Shown: piece after piece, positions 37,834-48,932 of the stretch
Layout: every line of letters begins with the position of its first letter
Numbering within the stretch: position 1 is the stretch's first letter
Virus record (IMG/VR): IMGVR_UViG_3300043427_001443
DNA: 64,000 bases
Reading direction: 5' to 3' (one strand)
Source: an uncultured virus (IMG/VR IMGVR_UViG_3300043427_001443)
Lineage: Duplodnaviria; Heunggongvirae; Uroviricota; Caudoviricetes
Notes under the pieces: model-generated
Databases searched by the model: none
Told to the model about the DNA's origin: nothing
Seen by the model: the letters and a program-made list of their open reading frames with translations, nothing else
Program-made: the position numbers and the translations under genes

Positions 37834-38844
37834 ATGAAAAAAATATTTGCTTTGTTAGCAGCAGCGGCATTTTCAGCAGCAGTAACCGCAGCAGAAATCA
37901 CCGGAGCCGGTGCTACCTTTCCCTATCCTATCTACGCCAAATGGGCTGAAGCATATAATAAGGCCACTGGCAATACACTAAACTATCAAAGCATTGGTAG
38001 TTCAGGTGGTATCCGTCAAATCAACAATAAGACAGTCGCATTCGGAGCAAGTGATGCACCAGTCAAAGGAGAAGACCTTGACAAATTGGGACAAGTTCAA
38101 TTCCCTGCTATCATCGGTGGTACAGTGCCAGTGGTCAATCTTGATGGCTTCAAACCAGGTGAACTTCGAATCACAGGACCTGTGCTTGCTGAAGTGTTTA
38201 TGGGTAACATCACCAAGTGGAATGATGCAAAACTACAAGCATTAAACCCAGGTAAGAAGTTGCCTGACCAAAACATCACTGTGGTTCATCGTGCTGATGG
38301 ATCCGGCACTACTTTCAATTGGACTGACTACCTTACTGTGATCAGCCCAGAGTGGGAAAAGCGTGTTGGTCGTGGAGCAGCAGTAAAATGGCTTGCTACC
38401 AGTTCAGTTGGTGGTAAAGGCAATGAAGGTGTTGCTGCCAATGTAAATAGAGTAAAAGGCAGTATTGGTTATGTTGAATACGCCTATGTTAAAAAGAACA
38501 ATATGAATTACATGTTGTTACAAAACCGAGCCGGTAACTTTGTTGCCCCTGATGATGCAACTTTCGCAGCAGCCGCAGCGGGAGCAGATTGGTTCTCAGT
38601 TCCAGGAATGGGCTTGAGTATTGTAAATCAGGGCGGCAAAGATACTTGGCCTGTGACTACTGCTTCGTTTATAATTATGTACAAGGAACCAGCAGACAAG
38701 CGGGCCAGCCAAGAAGTCGTCAAGTTTTTCGATTGGGCATTCAAGAACGGTGCTAAGTTAAGCGCAGAACTTGACTATGTTCACTTACCAGATAAGTTAC
38801 AGGCTGATATTCGCAGTCGTGTTTGGAGTCAAATCAAACACTAG
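37834..38844 (+). CDS. pstS: Phosphate-binding protein PstS
   Basis: GAGATFPYP, YQSIGS.GG, FGASD, RADGSGTT, GKGNEGV. Confidence 0.97.
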   Translation: MKKIFALLAAAAFSAAVTAAEITGAGATFPYPIYAKWAEAYNKATGNTLNYQSIGSSGGIRQINNKTVAFGASDAPVKGEDLDKLGQVQFPAIIGGTVPVVNLDGFKPGELRITGPVLAEVFMGNITKWNDAKLQALNPGKKLPDQNITVVHRADGSGTTFNWTDYLTVISPEWEKRVGRGAAVKWLATSSVGGKGNEGVAANVNRVKGSIGYVEYAYVKKNNMNYMLLQNRAGNFVAPDDATFAAAAAGADWFSVPGMGLSIVNQGGKDTWPVTTASFIIMYKEPADKRASQEVVKFFDWAFKNGAKLSAELDYVHLPDKLQADIRSRVWSQIKH

Positions 38845-38853
38845 GAGTAATCA

Positions 38854-39069
38854 ATGGGTGATGCAGCGGGTGGATTTTTAGGTGTATTTGAACAAAGAGT
38901 TGGTCAATTAAGAAAAAGACTCAAGGATGAATTAGACAAAGACAAACCCATCCGCTGTCGTAGAACTTTGAAAAAGATCATAAAAGAAATCAAAGAGTGG
39001 GAAGATGTTTTACATCAACATCGTAAGGAAACTAAACGATGCCCACATTGTGGAGAGAGGTTAGAATGA
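38854..39069 (+). CDS. Small protein with C-terminal CPHCG
   Basis: ORF with GGAG RBS. Confidence 0.6.
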   Translation: MGDAAGGFLGVFEQRVGQLRKRLKDELDKDKPIRCRRTLKKIIKEIKEWEDVLHQHRKETKRCPHCGERLE

Positions 39070-39160
39070 CCACAGAATTATGGATATTTGTAGGTGTGAC
39101 TTTCGCTGCTACTGCCGCCATAGTAGTTCCTAATATCGTAGTATGGCGGCGTAGACGTCG

Positions 39161-39514
39161 TTAGCCAGCATTGCGAGTGATATAATTCACTCGCATTTTC
39201 TTAGGATCAAAATGTTGCTGTACCACTGCTTGTGCTTCTAAGATGTCAAATATCTTACAACTAAAAATGTCAATGTAAGCACTGGAATCAGGCTCTATAA
39301 AATGAGCACAGATATTACTGGTGGTAATTAACTGCATCAAACTATATCCCTGTTTGGGATCCCCCGGCAACAAATACTCGATCACAGGCTCGCCATGAGC
39401 TGTCATGTCTATACGTTTTACTAAATCTCTGTTAAAATTGTAAATGCAGTCACGACTTTTGATCGCGTCATTACAACCACTGATGTCCAACATAAGGTGA
39501 TAACCCCAGTACAT
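39161..39514 (-). CDS. speD: S-adenosylmethionine decarboxylase proenzyme
   Basis: GYHLMLD..GC, QLITTSNICAHF, YIDIFSCK; AGGAG RBS before ATG 39514. Confidence 0.8.
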   Translation of the reverse strand: MYWGYHLMLDISGCNDAIKSRDCIYNFNRDLVKRIDMTAHGEPVIEYLLPGDPKQGYSLMQLITTSNICAHFIEPDSSAYIDIFSCKIFDILEAQAVVQQHFDPKKMRVNYITRNAG

Positions 39515-39555
39515 ATGTGTTCTCCTAAACAATTACTATTTACTAAATACTCAAC

Positions 39556-39870
39556 ATGAAAAAATTAATATACTTACTGTTTTTAACACTGTGTTCTATA
39601 TCATGGGCTCAATCTAACGCCCGTAATGTACGAGAAGTTGATTGGAAAATTGCTTGTGCTGACCAAACACAAGTAATTGACTTTCTCAAAGAATTTGAAG
39701 AGCGCCCGGTGTTAACTGGTAAAATGGGTCGCGCTGGTCGTATGGCCATGCTAATAAATACTGAAACAGGAACTTGGACCTTGATTGGTTACACTGAACG
39801 AGGTGCTTGTATTATGGCATCAGGAGAAGATGTACAACAACTTGACCGACCCACTAGAAATTCCCAATAA
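39556..39870 (+). CDS. Secreted hypothetical protein
   Basis: Signal peptide; N.ETGTWTL...ACI..SG. Confidence 0.7.
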   Translation: MKKLIYLLFLTLCSISWAQSNARNVREVDWKIACADQTQVIDFLKEFEERPVLTGKMGRAGRMAMLINTETGTWTLIGYTERGACIMASGEDVQQLDRPTRNSQ

Positions 39871-40132
39871 GCTAATGGATGCTTATGTGGGTGTATGGGT
39901 CACCACATGGTTTTGGCCTTACTTTGTTATGGGCAATGCCGATGACTGGCAAAAACTAGGTATTACCATGAATGGTGTTAAGAATATTAAATGGTGAAGT
40001 AAACCTACTTATTACCATGTAATTGTTCCGGTGCCACACCAGGAAACCAAAACCGTCCGTTATAAGTCTAGGAACGTCCGTTATTGGTATATATTTGGCC
40101 TACTGTGGGATTGTCGGGAAATAGTATTGGCA

Positions 40133-43100
40133 TTATCTTACCCAGATTTCAGCTTTTGCGGTAGTAATAACAGAACCACTAGGACTAGAGCCTCCTGCGT
40201 TAGTTCTTGAATTTACATACCCAAATCCTGTGCTAGCAGCATAACTACCACCACCTAAGGTTGATTTTACACCGAGTCCACGACCGTTGTTACTGTAAAA
40301 ATAACTTTGATAATTTTCTGTGGCCATTGCTTGACCTAATCTGGCATATGAAAGTCCGTTACTGTAACTTTGTGATTGATTGTAACGCCATTGATTCCCT
40401 GGCGTGCCCCACTGTGGAAAACCTGAACCTGCTGCACCACCTTCCAAGCTATATGAATAATCTCTTACACTATCACCGTCGCTGTTTGCCCCAGTTTTAG
40501 TCATAGTTAAACCAACACTGGTGTATGCAGTCAGTAGTTGACTACTATTATTTGTAGAAGATCCTATTAGGTATGTTGATAAATTCAAATCTCTACCATA
40601 AAAACTACAGGCAAGATATCTAAAAGGAAATGCATTAACGATGTCCGTTGCTACATCTGTACCAGTATTACTTACATAATTAAGATTACCCGAAGAAACA
40701 TTTAGTGGATTCCTGGTAGTCCAATAACTGGCATCATATGAAAATGCGCCCGATGAAGTGGCATCACGTACTAAAAACATCAACATCCAATGGAATCCAC
40801 CAAAGCTATTCATCAAGCAATAAGTTTGGAAAGCAGTACCATAACCAGTGGGTTTTATCCAATAAACACCACTGGTAGTTTGTCCTAAAGAATAGATAGA
40901 GGCTGCACTAGCGCCTGCTTGAGCTTGACTACTTCCATCTAGTCTGCGACTAATTATATTAAATGCACGGTCTGTGCTATTACTACCAACATCGGTGGCC
41001 CTGATAGTAAAATTAGTAGTAAGGGTGCTGGCACCAGGTTCAAGTAAACTTCCCGAAATAACACCAGTTGAGCTGGCTAAAGAAAGACTGTTTGGTAAAG
41101 CGCCAGAAACTACGCTGTAACTAACCGAACTATTAGCATCAACATCAGTGGCTACCACAGTGATACTAACTGACTGACTATTAGTGTTAGCAAAATCATA
41201 TGTACCAATTGTGCCAGCAGCAGTGGTCCATGATGGAACTGCTCCGCAATCTATAGCAGCCAATTTCGTAAATGTGCCCGATGCTTGAATAATTTTAACA
41301 TCCAGTGGTTCCTGCGCTACAGTAAAATCCTGCGGTGTAGTGGCTCTGATTGTGGTTTGATCCACAAACGCCACAGTCTGAGCTGAATATTCTGTGCCGT
41401 TGTTGGTAATAAATTTTACTATGACATCGTTGGTAAAATTAGCACCGGTTATGGTAAATTGTGTTCCAGCATCTCCATTGTATGTAGCAGGACTTACACC
41501 ACTGATTACCGGCGGTTGTGCACCAAAACTTCCCCACCCTGATGGGGTATAAACTTCAGCGAAGCCAGTAGTCGAATTATACCTCACTGCACCATTTGGT
41601 GGGCTTACAGGTCGTTGAGCTGTGGTACCTGCACTAATCGCGAAATATCCTGTGCTAGTTGTAGTGACATCATACCCTGCACCTGCTGGTCCAGGACTTC
41701 CTGGCGCACCTGTGGCACCAGTAGCACCCACTGTACCTGCCGCTCCATTGGCACCGGTAGCTCCTTGTATACCAGTAGCACCAGTTAGTCCAACATTACC
41801 CTGTATACCAGTGGCTCCTGTTAAACCTATAGTCCCGGCTGGACCAGTAGCACCAGTGGCTCCGAAAGATTCACCATTGATTACTGTGCCTGCTGGTAGA
41901 ATAATTGCATTTCCGGTAGCAGTGATCACAGCATTACCTAAATGTAAAGAATTTCCTGACAAATACAGATCACGCCATCGATTAGTAACAGTGCCTAGGT
42001 CATAGGTTATGTCTGCAATAGGTACAACAGAACTTGTTACATTAGTCAAATCAACAGCAGAACCTACTGATACAGTAGTTCCACCTAGAGATTCTCTCCG
42101 TAAATCAAAGATACTAGTGAATCTCGCTTTTGGAGAATTACTGTAGTTGGTTTTACAATCATATACTAATCTATATAAAACTCTTAATTCTACAACAGGA
42201 AATCCAGTCAAATCCAAACTACTAAATTGCTCAGATTCGGCTGCGGTTTGATTGTCCCGTTGATTCTGCCCTATGATCCCAATCACAGGATAATTTATGT
42301 TATTAGTTGCAACAATAAAGGTTACACCGAACTTGTTATTATCAATGTCCTGTGTACTCCAAGTGCCTGCACTATATAAATTATATTGTGGTCTAACGGT
42401 ACCTTGTTTAACAGGAAAATCAGTAGGATTGTCTCTAACCCACCCAGTTCCACTATGATAGAACATGGGTATTCTAGCTGGATTTAATAAGTCCTGTTCC
42501 CAGGTATTGGCTGTTGGTGTTTGTGTGGCAACAATGTCAACCTGTAAATCCTCATCAAAAAATGTGCCACTATCAAGTGTCAATTGTAGATGTGCATTGC
42601 TAGAACCATCTCCCAATAACACATAACCCGATAACTCAAACCCATTTGCAAATGAAGCACCACGAGTTCTATGTAGATATTCATGTGTTTGCCAATCCAA
42701 CACTATACCATGTCGTTCATCTGCCACAAAAGGTGCTGTACCTGTAGCAGCATTGTAGTAAATGTATGCCACCATACAGTCATTGGGCCAATCGTAAAAT
42801 GTAGTTCGGTACTGTAAGACACCGTTGGTGTCAAAATAGATATAGTATAGTCCAGTGGTGTCAGAAATTGACACCGATCTAGTATCAGTTATCGTGCGCT
42901 TAACTCCACGAGTGTAAATTGTATATGATGTTGACAACGGAGAGATAATAAATGATCGAGAACCGTTATCAAAACTAATAACACTATCTGGACGATTCAC
43001 AAAGCCCATGGGCTCACCAGTGTCTGCAATTATCGTCTGTATGGCACCAACATCGGGTTTGTTTTTGATATAATCTACACGACTAGTATCAGTTTGTGTC

Positions 43101-43285
43101 CAGTCACTTTGAATTTGTGCTAGTGCACCACCACCAGAAACAATTATACCACCTGGTGTATTACCATCTCCAATACGTATAGTATTGGTAAACTTGTCAT
43201 ACCAAAGCCTATCGGTTTGACCAATCCTTGTGTTGCCATCAGTGTAATTACGTCGACTGGTAAAGAAATCCTGTGTAAAACTCAC
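40133..43285 (-). CDS. Tail fibre/virion adhesin with collagen-like, Ig-like and fibrinogen-like regions
   Basis: GxT/GAT triplets; YDLG...[22 protein letters not shown]...YC.M...W. Confidence 0.8.
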   Translation of the reverse strand: MSFTQDFFTSRRNYTDGNTRIGQTDRLWYDKFTNTIRIGDGNTPGGIIVSGGGALAQIQSDWTQTDTSRVDYIKNKPDVGAIQTIIADTGEPMGFVNRPDSVISFDNGSRSFIISPLSTSYTIYTRGVKRTITDTRSVSISDTTGLYYIYFDTNGVLQYRTTFYDWPNDCMVAYIYYNAATGTAPFVADERHGIVLDWQTHEYLHRTRGASFANGFELSGYVLLGDGSSNAHLQLTLDSGTFFDEDLQVDIVATQTPTANTWEQDLLNPARIPMFYHSGTGWVRDNPTDFPVKQGTVRPQYNLYSAGTWSTQDIDNNKFGVTFIVATNNINYPVIGIIGQNQRDNQTAAESEQFSSLDLTGFPVVELRVLYRLVYDCKTNYSNSPKARFTSIFDLRRESLGGTTVSVGSAVDLTNVTSSVVPIADITYDLGTVTNRWRDLYLSGNSLHLGNAVITATGNAIILPAGTVINGESFGATGATGPAGTIGLTGATGIQGNVGLTGATGIQGATGANGAAGTVGATGATGAPGSPGPAGAGYDVTTTSTGYFAISAGTTAQRPVSPPNGAVRYNSTTGFAEVYTPSGWGSFGAQPPVISGVSPATYNGDAGTQFTITGANFTNDVIVKFITNNGTEYSAQTVAFVDQTTIRATTPQDFTVAQEPLDVKIIQASGTFTKLAAIDCGAVPSWTTAAGTIGTYDFANTNSQSVSITVVATDVDANSSVSYSVVSGALPNSLSLASSTGVISGSLLEPGASTLTTNFTIRATDVGSNSTDRAFNIISRRLDGSSQAQAGASAASIYSLGQTTSGVYWIKPTGYGTAFQTYCLMNSFGGFHWMLMFLVRDATSSGAFSYDASYWTTRNPLNVSSGNLNYVSNTGTDVATDIVNAFPFRYLACSFYGRDLNLSTYLIGSSTNNSSQLLTAYTSVGLTMTKTGANSDGDSVRDYSYSLEGGAAGSGFPQWGTPGNQWRYNQSQSYSNGLSYARLGQAMATENYQSYFYSNNGRGLGVKSTLGGGSYAASTGFGYVNSRTNAGGSSPSGSVITTAKAEIWVR

Positions 43286-43295
43286 AGTTAAATCC

Positions 43296-43505
43296 TCACT
43301 CTAAAGGATCATCGTCGTCGGCTTGTTCGTCGTAGACGTTTGGCAGTCCTGAATTACGTTTAAGTAATTCTATCTTTTGCTGCAATGGAGGTACCATGGT
43401 ATCGGTTTCAGTGTCTTCTGCGTCTTGTGCAGTGACTTCGGGATCACCGTCACCATTTATCTTAATGGTAATAGGTACATTTATAACAAATTCACGAGCT
43501 CTCAT
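43296..43505 (-). CDS. Small acidic late protein
   Basis: MRAREF.., [19 protein letters not shown] upstream. Confidence 0.7.
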   Translation of the reverse strand: MRAREFVINVPITIKINGDGDPEVTAQDAEDTETDTMVPPLQQKIELLKRNSGLPNVYDEQADDDDPLE

Positions 43506-43536
43506 AGTAAAGTATTTACCAATTTATTGGCAACCA

Positions 43537-43671
43537 CTATCCTTGTCCCCGACTGGGCTTGTAACTGCGGCGCCGATGTTTATTCATTGAACTGGTTTTG
43601 GGATTAGACCCACCTTGACTGGTACGCTTGACAAGTTTTCTACGGTTTGCATTTACTTGAGTTTTGGCCAT
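43537..43671 (-). CDS. Small basic protein (44 aa, not in ORF track)
   Basis: MAKTQVNANRRKLVKRTSQGG...YKPSRGQG*; AGGAG RBS and ATAAATA upstream. Confidence 0.7.
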   Translation of the reverse strand: MAKTQVNANRRKLVKRTSQGGSNPKTSSMNKHRRRSYKPSRGQG

Positions 43672-43703
43672 TATTGGTCTCCTTGATCAACTATTTATTG
43701 CTG

Positions 43704-43752
43704 TGTTGCTGAAAAACAACAGGTTGACCTGTGCAAAATAACCCTGTATAAT
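43704..43752 (+). promoter_or_regulatory. Early promoter with TGTTG-N8-CAACA palindrome
   Basis: TGTTGCTGAAAAACAACA, TTGACC-17-TATAAT. Confidence 0.8.
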
Positions 43753-43782
43753 TGATTTTGTGTACTTAATTTGGAGGTCAAT

Positions 43783-44160
43783 ATGTCAATGCATCTCGAA
43801 GGTCCGTGGCTTAGCACCACAGGCCGGCGTAAAGGCAAGTTCAAATGGACCAGTGCCGAGCAGAAACGTCAGCATGAACAGTTGCAAGCAGAATGGCAAA
43901 GTCTTAAGGAACGTACTATGACCACCAAACCTGTACCCGCCCGCCCACTTACTCGTGCCCTCCCACGTTTAGGTCCTCCGCCCGGTCGTGAGACCCCGCA
44001 TATTCCCAGTCGTGATTCTGGTGTTGGTGTCGCTGCCAAGAAAGATGTTCCTGTGTATACCGGCGACAAAATGCTAGGCGTCACCATCATGCACAAGAGC
44101 TGCCTACAACCTGTGTTTAGTGAACAGGCTGCTGTAGACGCTGCTCATATGCGTAGGTAA
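43783..44160 (+). CDS. Phage hypothetical protein (YTG...MHKS type)
   Basis: VYTGDKMLG...MHKS.LQPV. Confidence 0.7.
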   Translation: MSMHLEGPWLSTTGRRKGKFKWTSAEQKRQHEQLQAEWQSLKERTMTTKPVPARPLTRALPRLGPPPGRETPHIPSRDSGVGVAAKKDVPVYTGDKMLGVTIMHKSCLQPVFSEQAAVDAAHMRR

Positions 44161-44209
44161 CTGTTGTCCATGGGTGTACCGATAAATATTACACTATCGG
44201 TACACATCC

Positions 44210-45961
44210 ATGATTATAGGTCCCTATGTTCCTAGTACTTTTGATCAAAGTACTATATTAAGATACCCCAATCGCTATGAAATTCAGATGCGTAGTGGTG
44301 TTATTAACAGCACCACTGGCCAAATCTGGCGATTGGTGTCAGGGTCCTTGCCTCCAAATTCTACTCTGACCTCCACTGGAGTAATCACTGTAAATTTTAA
44401 CAATAACCTGTTACCGTTTAGCCCAGAACAATTTATCATATCCGGTGCACCGTCTATTCCCAGTCTTAGTCGAGCAGCCTGGGATCGGTGGTTAGCAGAA
44501 TTCGTTTCACGCCCGCAGATTTTAGATTATGAATTTCAGGTAGAAATCAGTGATGGCACTGGACCGGCTCAACTTGGCCATACTGTACGTATTGTTCATT
44601 TAAAACCTCCGGTAAATGTAAACTTTGATATGGCCAACTATGATCGTGACTTATACGATCAAACAGCTGGCATTACCAGCTGGTTCAGTATTAACCAAGC
44701 CTATCTCAATGTTGACCCAGCGCAAGAGTATTATTTGGTGATGACCACATCACCTGATGACTTTACTTGGATAACACCCAATAATTTAGGTGACGTTGTC
44801 AACGGCTCTATTAGCAGAATAGACTTTCAAGCACTAACACAGTCTGGGCGCCGAACATACTATCAGGTCAGACCCTTTAGTGTAAGCCGTGTACCACAAG
44901 GTGTTGAACTATTACCTGATGGGTATCTGTCAGGCAGATTCAGTTTCCGTTGTTACCAGGATGATCCTGCTAACCTTCCTGTTAACGATGTTTATACTTT
45001 TACAGTTAGAACCGGCGTTGAAAATTTTAGATCGTACTCAGATCGTGTGTTTACACTGCGTGTACAAAGACTCAACCTAAAACCTTATGATAGCTTGTGG
45101 ATTAATGCTTTTCCGCCAAGACCACAGCGGTTAGAACTTTACAACATACTCAATGATCCAAATGTAGTCCCGGACGAGTTAATTTATAGACCTTCGGACC
45201 CATGGTGGGGCAGAGCAACATTTTTCAGAATCTTGATGTTGCCGTCAATGAATTTAGCATCTCAGAATGATTATGAATTGTCCATGCAGACCAATCATTA
45301 TTTTAAAAGACTGCTGTTTGATCAGCTCAGAATGTCTGTGATGCTGGACCAAAATCTCAACAGTATCTATGAAGTCATATATCTTACTGTGCGTGATGAA
45401 ATGCTGGGCAGATACTATCTAGACGGTAATTTTCGAGCACAGCCTGAGACCATTGACCTTAGACCATTTATTAGAAATTATCACATAGACAAAGGCCAAA
45501 CCTATTATACACTGCACCCAAATGCTTTAGAAAACATGCGCCGTATTGTGGGCAACTACATAGGCATATACAATCCAGGGATAGCCCCTGAATGGATGCT
45601 GAGTTTTCAGCCAATTGAAGATCAACCTGGTGTGTTTACTGCTCCGGTTGGATTCTATCCAGTGGTGGTGCTGGCATATTGTAAGCCAGGTATGGGACGA
45701 GTAGTATATCATAGATTAAAAGATATTAACTTTAATAACTTCGAATTTGAATCTGAGCGTTTTAACCTCGAAGCCAGACTCAGCCTTAACTATAATCGCA
45801 CTACTAATTTGTTTACTCCAGGTAGCCCGGCTGTGTTTGAAAATGATAATACCACATTCGATCATGGCACCACTCGTGTAGTAGACGGCATGGAGTATGC
45901 AGCCGAGCCCACAGAGCTCGATAAATATCTAATATTTCCACGATTCGGAGTATTTAGATAA
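44210..45961 (+). CDS. Probable baseplate/structural protein
   Basis: SG.LP Ig-like units, LAYCKPG, DKYLIFP; late promoter. Confidence 0.6.
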   Translation: MIIGPYVPSTFDQSTILRYPNRYEIQMRSGVINSTTGQIWRLVSGSLPPNSTLTSTGVITVNFNNNLLPFSPEQFIISGAPSIPSLSRAAWDRWLAEFVSRPQILDYEFQVEISDGTGPAQLGHTVRIVHLKPPVNVNFDMANYDRDLYDQTAGITSWFSINQAYLNVDPAQEYYLVMTTSPDDFTWITPNNLGDVVNGSISRIDFQALTQSGRRTYYQVRPFSVSRVPQGVELLPDGYLSGRFSFRCYQDDPANLPVNDVYTFTVRTGVENFRSYSDRVFTLRVQRLNLKPYDSLWINAFPPRPQRLELYNILNDPNVVPDELIYRPSDPWWGRATFFRILMLPSMNLASQNDYELSMQTNHYFKRLLFDQLRMSVMLDQNLNSIYEVIYLTVRDEMLGRYYLDGNFRAQPETIDLRPFIRNYHIDKGQTYYTLHPNALENMRRIVGNYIGIYNPGIAPEWMLSFQPIEDQPGVFTAPVGFYPVVVLAYCKPGMGRVVYHRLKDINFNNFEFESERFNLEARLSLNYNRTTNLFTPGSPAVFENDNTTFDHGTTRVVDGMEYAAEPTELDKYLIFPRFGVFR

Positions 45962-46962
45962 TGCCAAGTTCACTTGATCCCAGTGAGATCAATATAAATT
46001 TTCCTGCCGCAGGACAAAACAACAATAGCCAAGGATTCAGGACGAACTTTTCATTGATTAAGGAAAACCTTAATCGTGCCAAGACCGAATTAACCGAAGT
46101 TAGAGCAGAAGGAATCTACAAAAAGCAGCTTTCCGGTGAAGTCCTTAACAACGACATGGACTACACTCAGCTTAAGAGACCACAGCTGATAGCCTACAGT
46201 GAAACCATTTACGACCATGGCACAGTGGGTTTAGTAGTTAACCTGGATTTTCTCAAGGGTAATTTTCAAAAGATCAGTACCACCAATGATCTCAGCGTTT
46301 CATTTACTAATTTTCCTGATGCCAACCAAATTGGACGCATGACGCTTTGGGTCTACTGTAGTCATTCTGATCATCAAATACAGTTACCTTCTAGTGTGGC
46401 TTATGGAGTAGGGTCAGACTTTCTAGACAATCGAAAAATTGTATTCCCTACCATTGGTGATTATCTCATTGATTTTATCAGTGTAGACAATGGTGTAAGC
46501 TATTGGGTCATCAGTATTTCTGGTCTAAATGAATTTGGTGGTAATGCCTACGGTGGCGCTGGTAGCATACAATTACCCATAGCCAGTACCAGTCAGCTAG
46601 GTGCAGTTAAAATTGATGGTACTACCATTGGTATACAAAATGGCGTAATCAGTATTATTGGTGGGATTCCGGCTACCAGTGACCAAAATCTCAAAACCAA
46701 TATTACCACTATCACCAACAGTGTTGACACTGTTAAACAGCTACGTGGTGTAGAGTTTGATTTCAAAGACACTGGTGCACACAGTATTGGAGTGATTGCA
46801 CAAGAAGTTGAAACAGTGCTGCCTGAATTGGTAGCCGAACACAATGGCATCAAAACTGTGGATTATGGCAAGTTTGCTGGTGTGTTTATTGAAGCCATCA
46901 AATCATTGGAATTGCGAATCACTGAACTAGAATCTGAGCTAGCCGCGCTCAAAAACCGTTGA
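45961..46962 (+). CDS. Tail protein with C-terminal intramolecular chaperone (peptidase S74)
   Basis: SDQNLKTNI, GVIAQEVE.VLPE, VDY....IEAIK.L. Confidence 0.85.
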   Translation: MPSSLDPSEININFPAAGQNNNSQGFRTNFSLIKENLNRAKTELTEVRAEGIYKKQLSGEVLNNDMDYTQLKRPQLIAYSETIYDHGTVGLVVNLDFLKGNFQKISTTNDLSVSFTNFPDANQIGRMTLWVYCSHSDHQIQLPSSVAYGVGSDFLDNRKIVFPTIGDYLIDFISVDNGVSYWVISISGLNEFGGNAYGGAGSIQLPIASTSQLGAVKIDGTTIGIQNGVISIIGGIPATSDQNLKTNITTITNSVDTVKQLRGVEFDFKDTGAHSIGVIAQEVETVLPELVAEHNGIKTVDYGKFAGVFIEAIKSLELRITELESELAALKNR

Positions 46963-47006
46963 CAACTGTCAACTATTAATTTACACTTAGATACCTACAG
47001 GAGATA

Positions 47007-47447
47007 ATGATGCCTCAAGTTGATCTAGCCGCCTATTCAAAATTTGTTGCTGCGGTAACCAGCGAAGCCAGCCGAGACCTTACTACATTTATGAATAGAC
47101 TAGATGTCTTAGACGGTAATTACGACTTTGCCAATAACCAACACGGCCCTGATGTTAATGTACCACTGATGTTGACCGGTGTTATGGGTTTGTGCTCTGA
47201 ATCTGGTGAACTCATGGAAATTGTAAAGAAAATCACATTTCAAGGTAAACCATTAAATGAAGATAACTTATTTCACATGAAACGTGAACTAGGTGATATC
47301 ATGTGGTATTGGATCAACATGTGCAGAGCGTTGAATCTTGATCCTAATGCAGTGATTGCTGAAAATGTAGAAAAACTTAAAAGCCGTTACCCTGGCGGTG
47401 AATTTGATGTATATCACAGCGAAAATCGACAACAAGGAGACTTGTAA
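47007..47447 (+). CDS. MazG-like NTP pyrophosphohydrolase
   Basis: GL.SESGE..E.VKK, ELGDIMWY, N.EKL..RYP. Confidence 0.88.
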   Translation: MMPQVDLAAYSKFVAAVTSEASRDLTTFMNRLDVLDGNYDFANNQHGPDVNVPLMLTGVMGLCSESGELMEIVKKITFQGKPLNEDNLFHMKRELGDIMWYWINMCRALNLDPNAVIAENVEKLKSRYPGGEFDVYHSENRQQGDL

Positions 47448-47680
47448 TGCACCCATTGGCACCAGATCTCAGCGGGTTAAGTAACGATGAATTATTAACC
47501 AAGTATAATGAACTCAACACCAAGTTTATGATGGCCTCTAGAACCGGCAGCGGTGTGGTCATGCAAATGAACATGTTACTGGAAGACTATCGTGCAGAAC
47601 TACGTCGTAGACAAGAAAAAATGCTGTCTGATGCTACCAACAAAAATCCCAACTTCAAGAATATCATTGACATTAAATGA
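47447..47680 (+). CDS. Hypothetical protein
   Basis: Coupled ORF. Confidence 0.65.
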   Translation: MHPLAPDLSGLSNDELLTKYNELNTKFMMASRTGSGVVMQMNMLLEDYRAELRRRQEKMLSDATNKNPNFKNIIDIK

Positions 47681-48189
47681 ACGTTGATCAGTATGGGCAA
47701 GCGCATGTTTCTGCCAAACAGCTGGCTGACTTGTTGTATGCTAATCCCGACTTAGACATTGCTCAGTTTCAGGTTGATGATCCCGAGCAGTACAATCGCA
47801 GTCGTGCAGAACTACATGCTGAATTACCAGAGTTGGTAAAATACACGGAACAAACCTGCGATCTAGAAGAGTTTGATCGCGGTCACCAACAATGTTGGTA
47901 TATGCCAGCGAGTTATCGAGAATTAGATATTGCTCGATGGGTGTTGGATCAGTGCAGCAACGATACAGAATTACAGCGTAGTGGCCAAGAGTTACTGCTG
48001 TATCAAGAGAGAAATCTCTTTGATTTACTGCGTTATCTTAAATACTTAGTAGATACCATGCGTGAGCATGGTGTAGTTTGGGGAGTAGGGCGTGGTTCCA
48101 GTGTAGCCAGTTTTGTGTTATATCTAATAGGAGTACACAGAATCAACAGCATCTACTATGACCTAGACATCCAAGAATTTCTAAAGTAG
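47677..48189 (+). CDS. Stand-alone fragment of DNA polymerase III alpha (DnaE)
   Basis: R..QEL, WGVGRGSSVAS.VLYLIG. Confidence 0.8.
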   Translation: MNVDQYGQAHVSAKQLADLLYANPDLDIAQFQVDDPEQYNRSRAELHAELPELVKYTEQTCDLEEFDRGHQQCWYMPASYRELDIARWVLDQCSNDTELQRSGQELLLYQERNLFDLLRYLKYLVDTMREHGVVWGVGRGSSVASFVLYLIGVHRINSIYYDLDIQEFLK

Positions 48190-48197
48190 AGGCAACA

Positions 48198-48536
48198 ATG
48201 GCAAAAATTTACAGAACAGCACTAGGGCGTACTATAGACATGGATTCGCTTAGACTCAGCAATGAAGAAACCATTGCAGTAGGTAATATGAAAGTCAATG
48301 CAAGAGGCGATGAGCTAGGACCTGGTGGCGAAGTAATTAGAACACGTAATCAGGTCATGAACGACTATTACAAATTAAACACCCCCTTGGTTGAAACATC
48401 AACACCAGTAGTAGCCGATGAAGCAGGTATGTTGGCGGATATTCAAGCACATGAAGCAGCGCAGCCACAGCCACCTATTCGAGGCACTTTAGCAGATCAA
48501 ATAGCAGCACGACGCAGAACTAACCCTTCGGAGTAA
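48198..48536 (+). CDS. Phage hypothetical protein
   Basis: AVGNM.VNARGDELG.GG. Confidence 0.7.
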   Translation: MAKIYRTALGRTIDMDSLRLSNEETIAVGNMKVNARGDELGPGGEVIRTRNQVMNDYYKLNTPLVETSTPVVADEAGMLADIQAHEAAQPQPPIRGTLADQIAARRRTNPSE

Positions 48537-48546
48537 TCTATAACTT

Positions 48547-48891
48547 ATGTACAAACATCGAATTCAAAAATTAAAAGCACTGCATGACAGTGTGTTAGTA
48601 TCCGAAATGAAGTTTGAGGAACGCCGTACCAGCAGTGGCATTGTGATCCCCAACGACAATGCCAAAGACAGTGGCATTAGACCACGCTGGGCCCGAGTCT
48701 ATGCTGTGGGCCCAGACCAACGAGACGTGGTAGTAGGGCAATATGTCTGCGTAGCACATGGCCGTTGGACTCGTGGTGTAACCATTGAAGATGAATCTGG
48801 ATCACGAGAAATCAGGCGTGTAGACAATAACGACATACTTTTGGTCAGTGACACCGAACCAATGGACGAAACATTCAGTGACAAAGTCTAA
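48547..48891 (+). CDS. groES: GroES-like co-chaperonin
   Basis: L.DSVLV, TSSGIVIP, V.AVGP, V.VG, DIL. Confidence 0.8.
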   Translation: MYKHRIQKLKALHDSVLVSEMKFEERRTSSGIVIPNDNAKDSGIRPRWARVYAVGPDQRDVVVGQYVCVAHGRWTRGVTIEDESGSREIRRVDNNDILLVSDTEPMDETFSDKV

Positions 48892-48932
48892 CAACTTGTG
48901 CTATAATTCAATTACTGAGATTTCAAGGAAAC

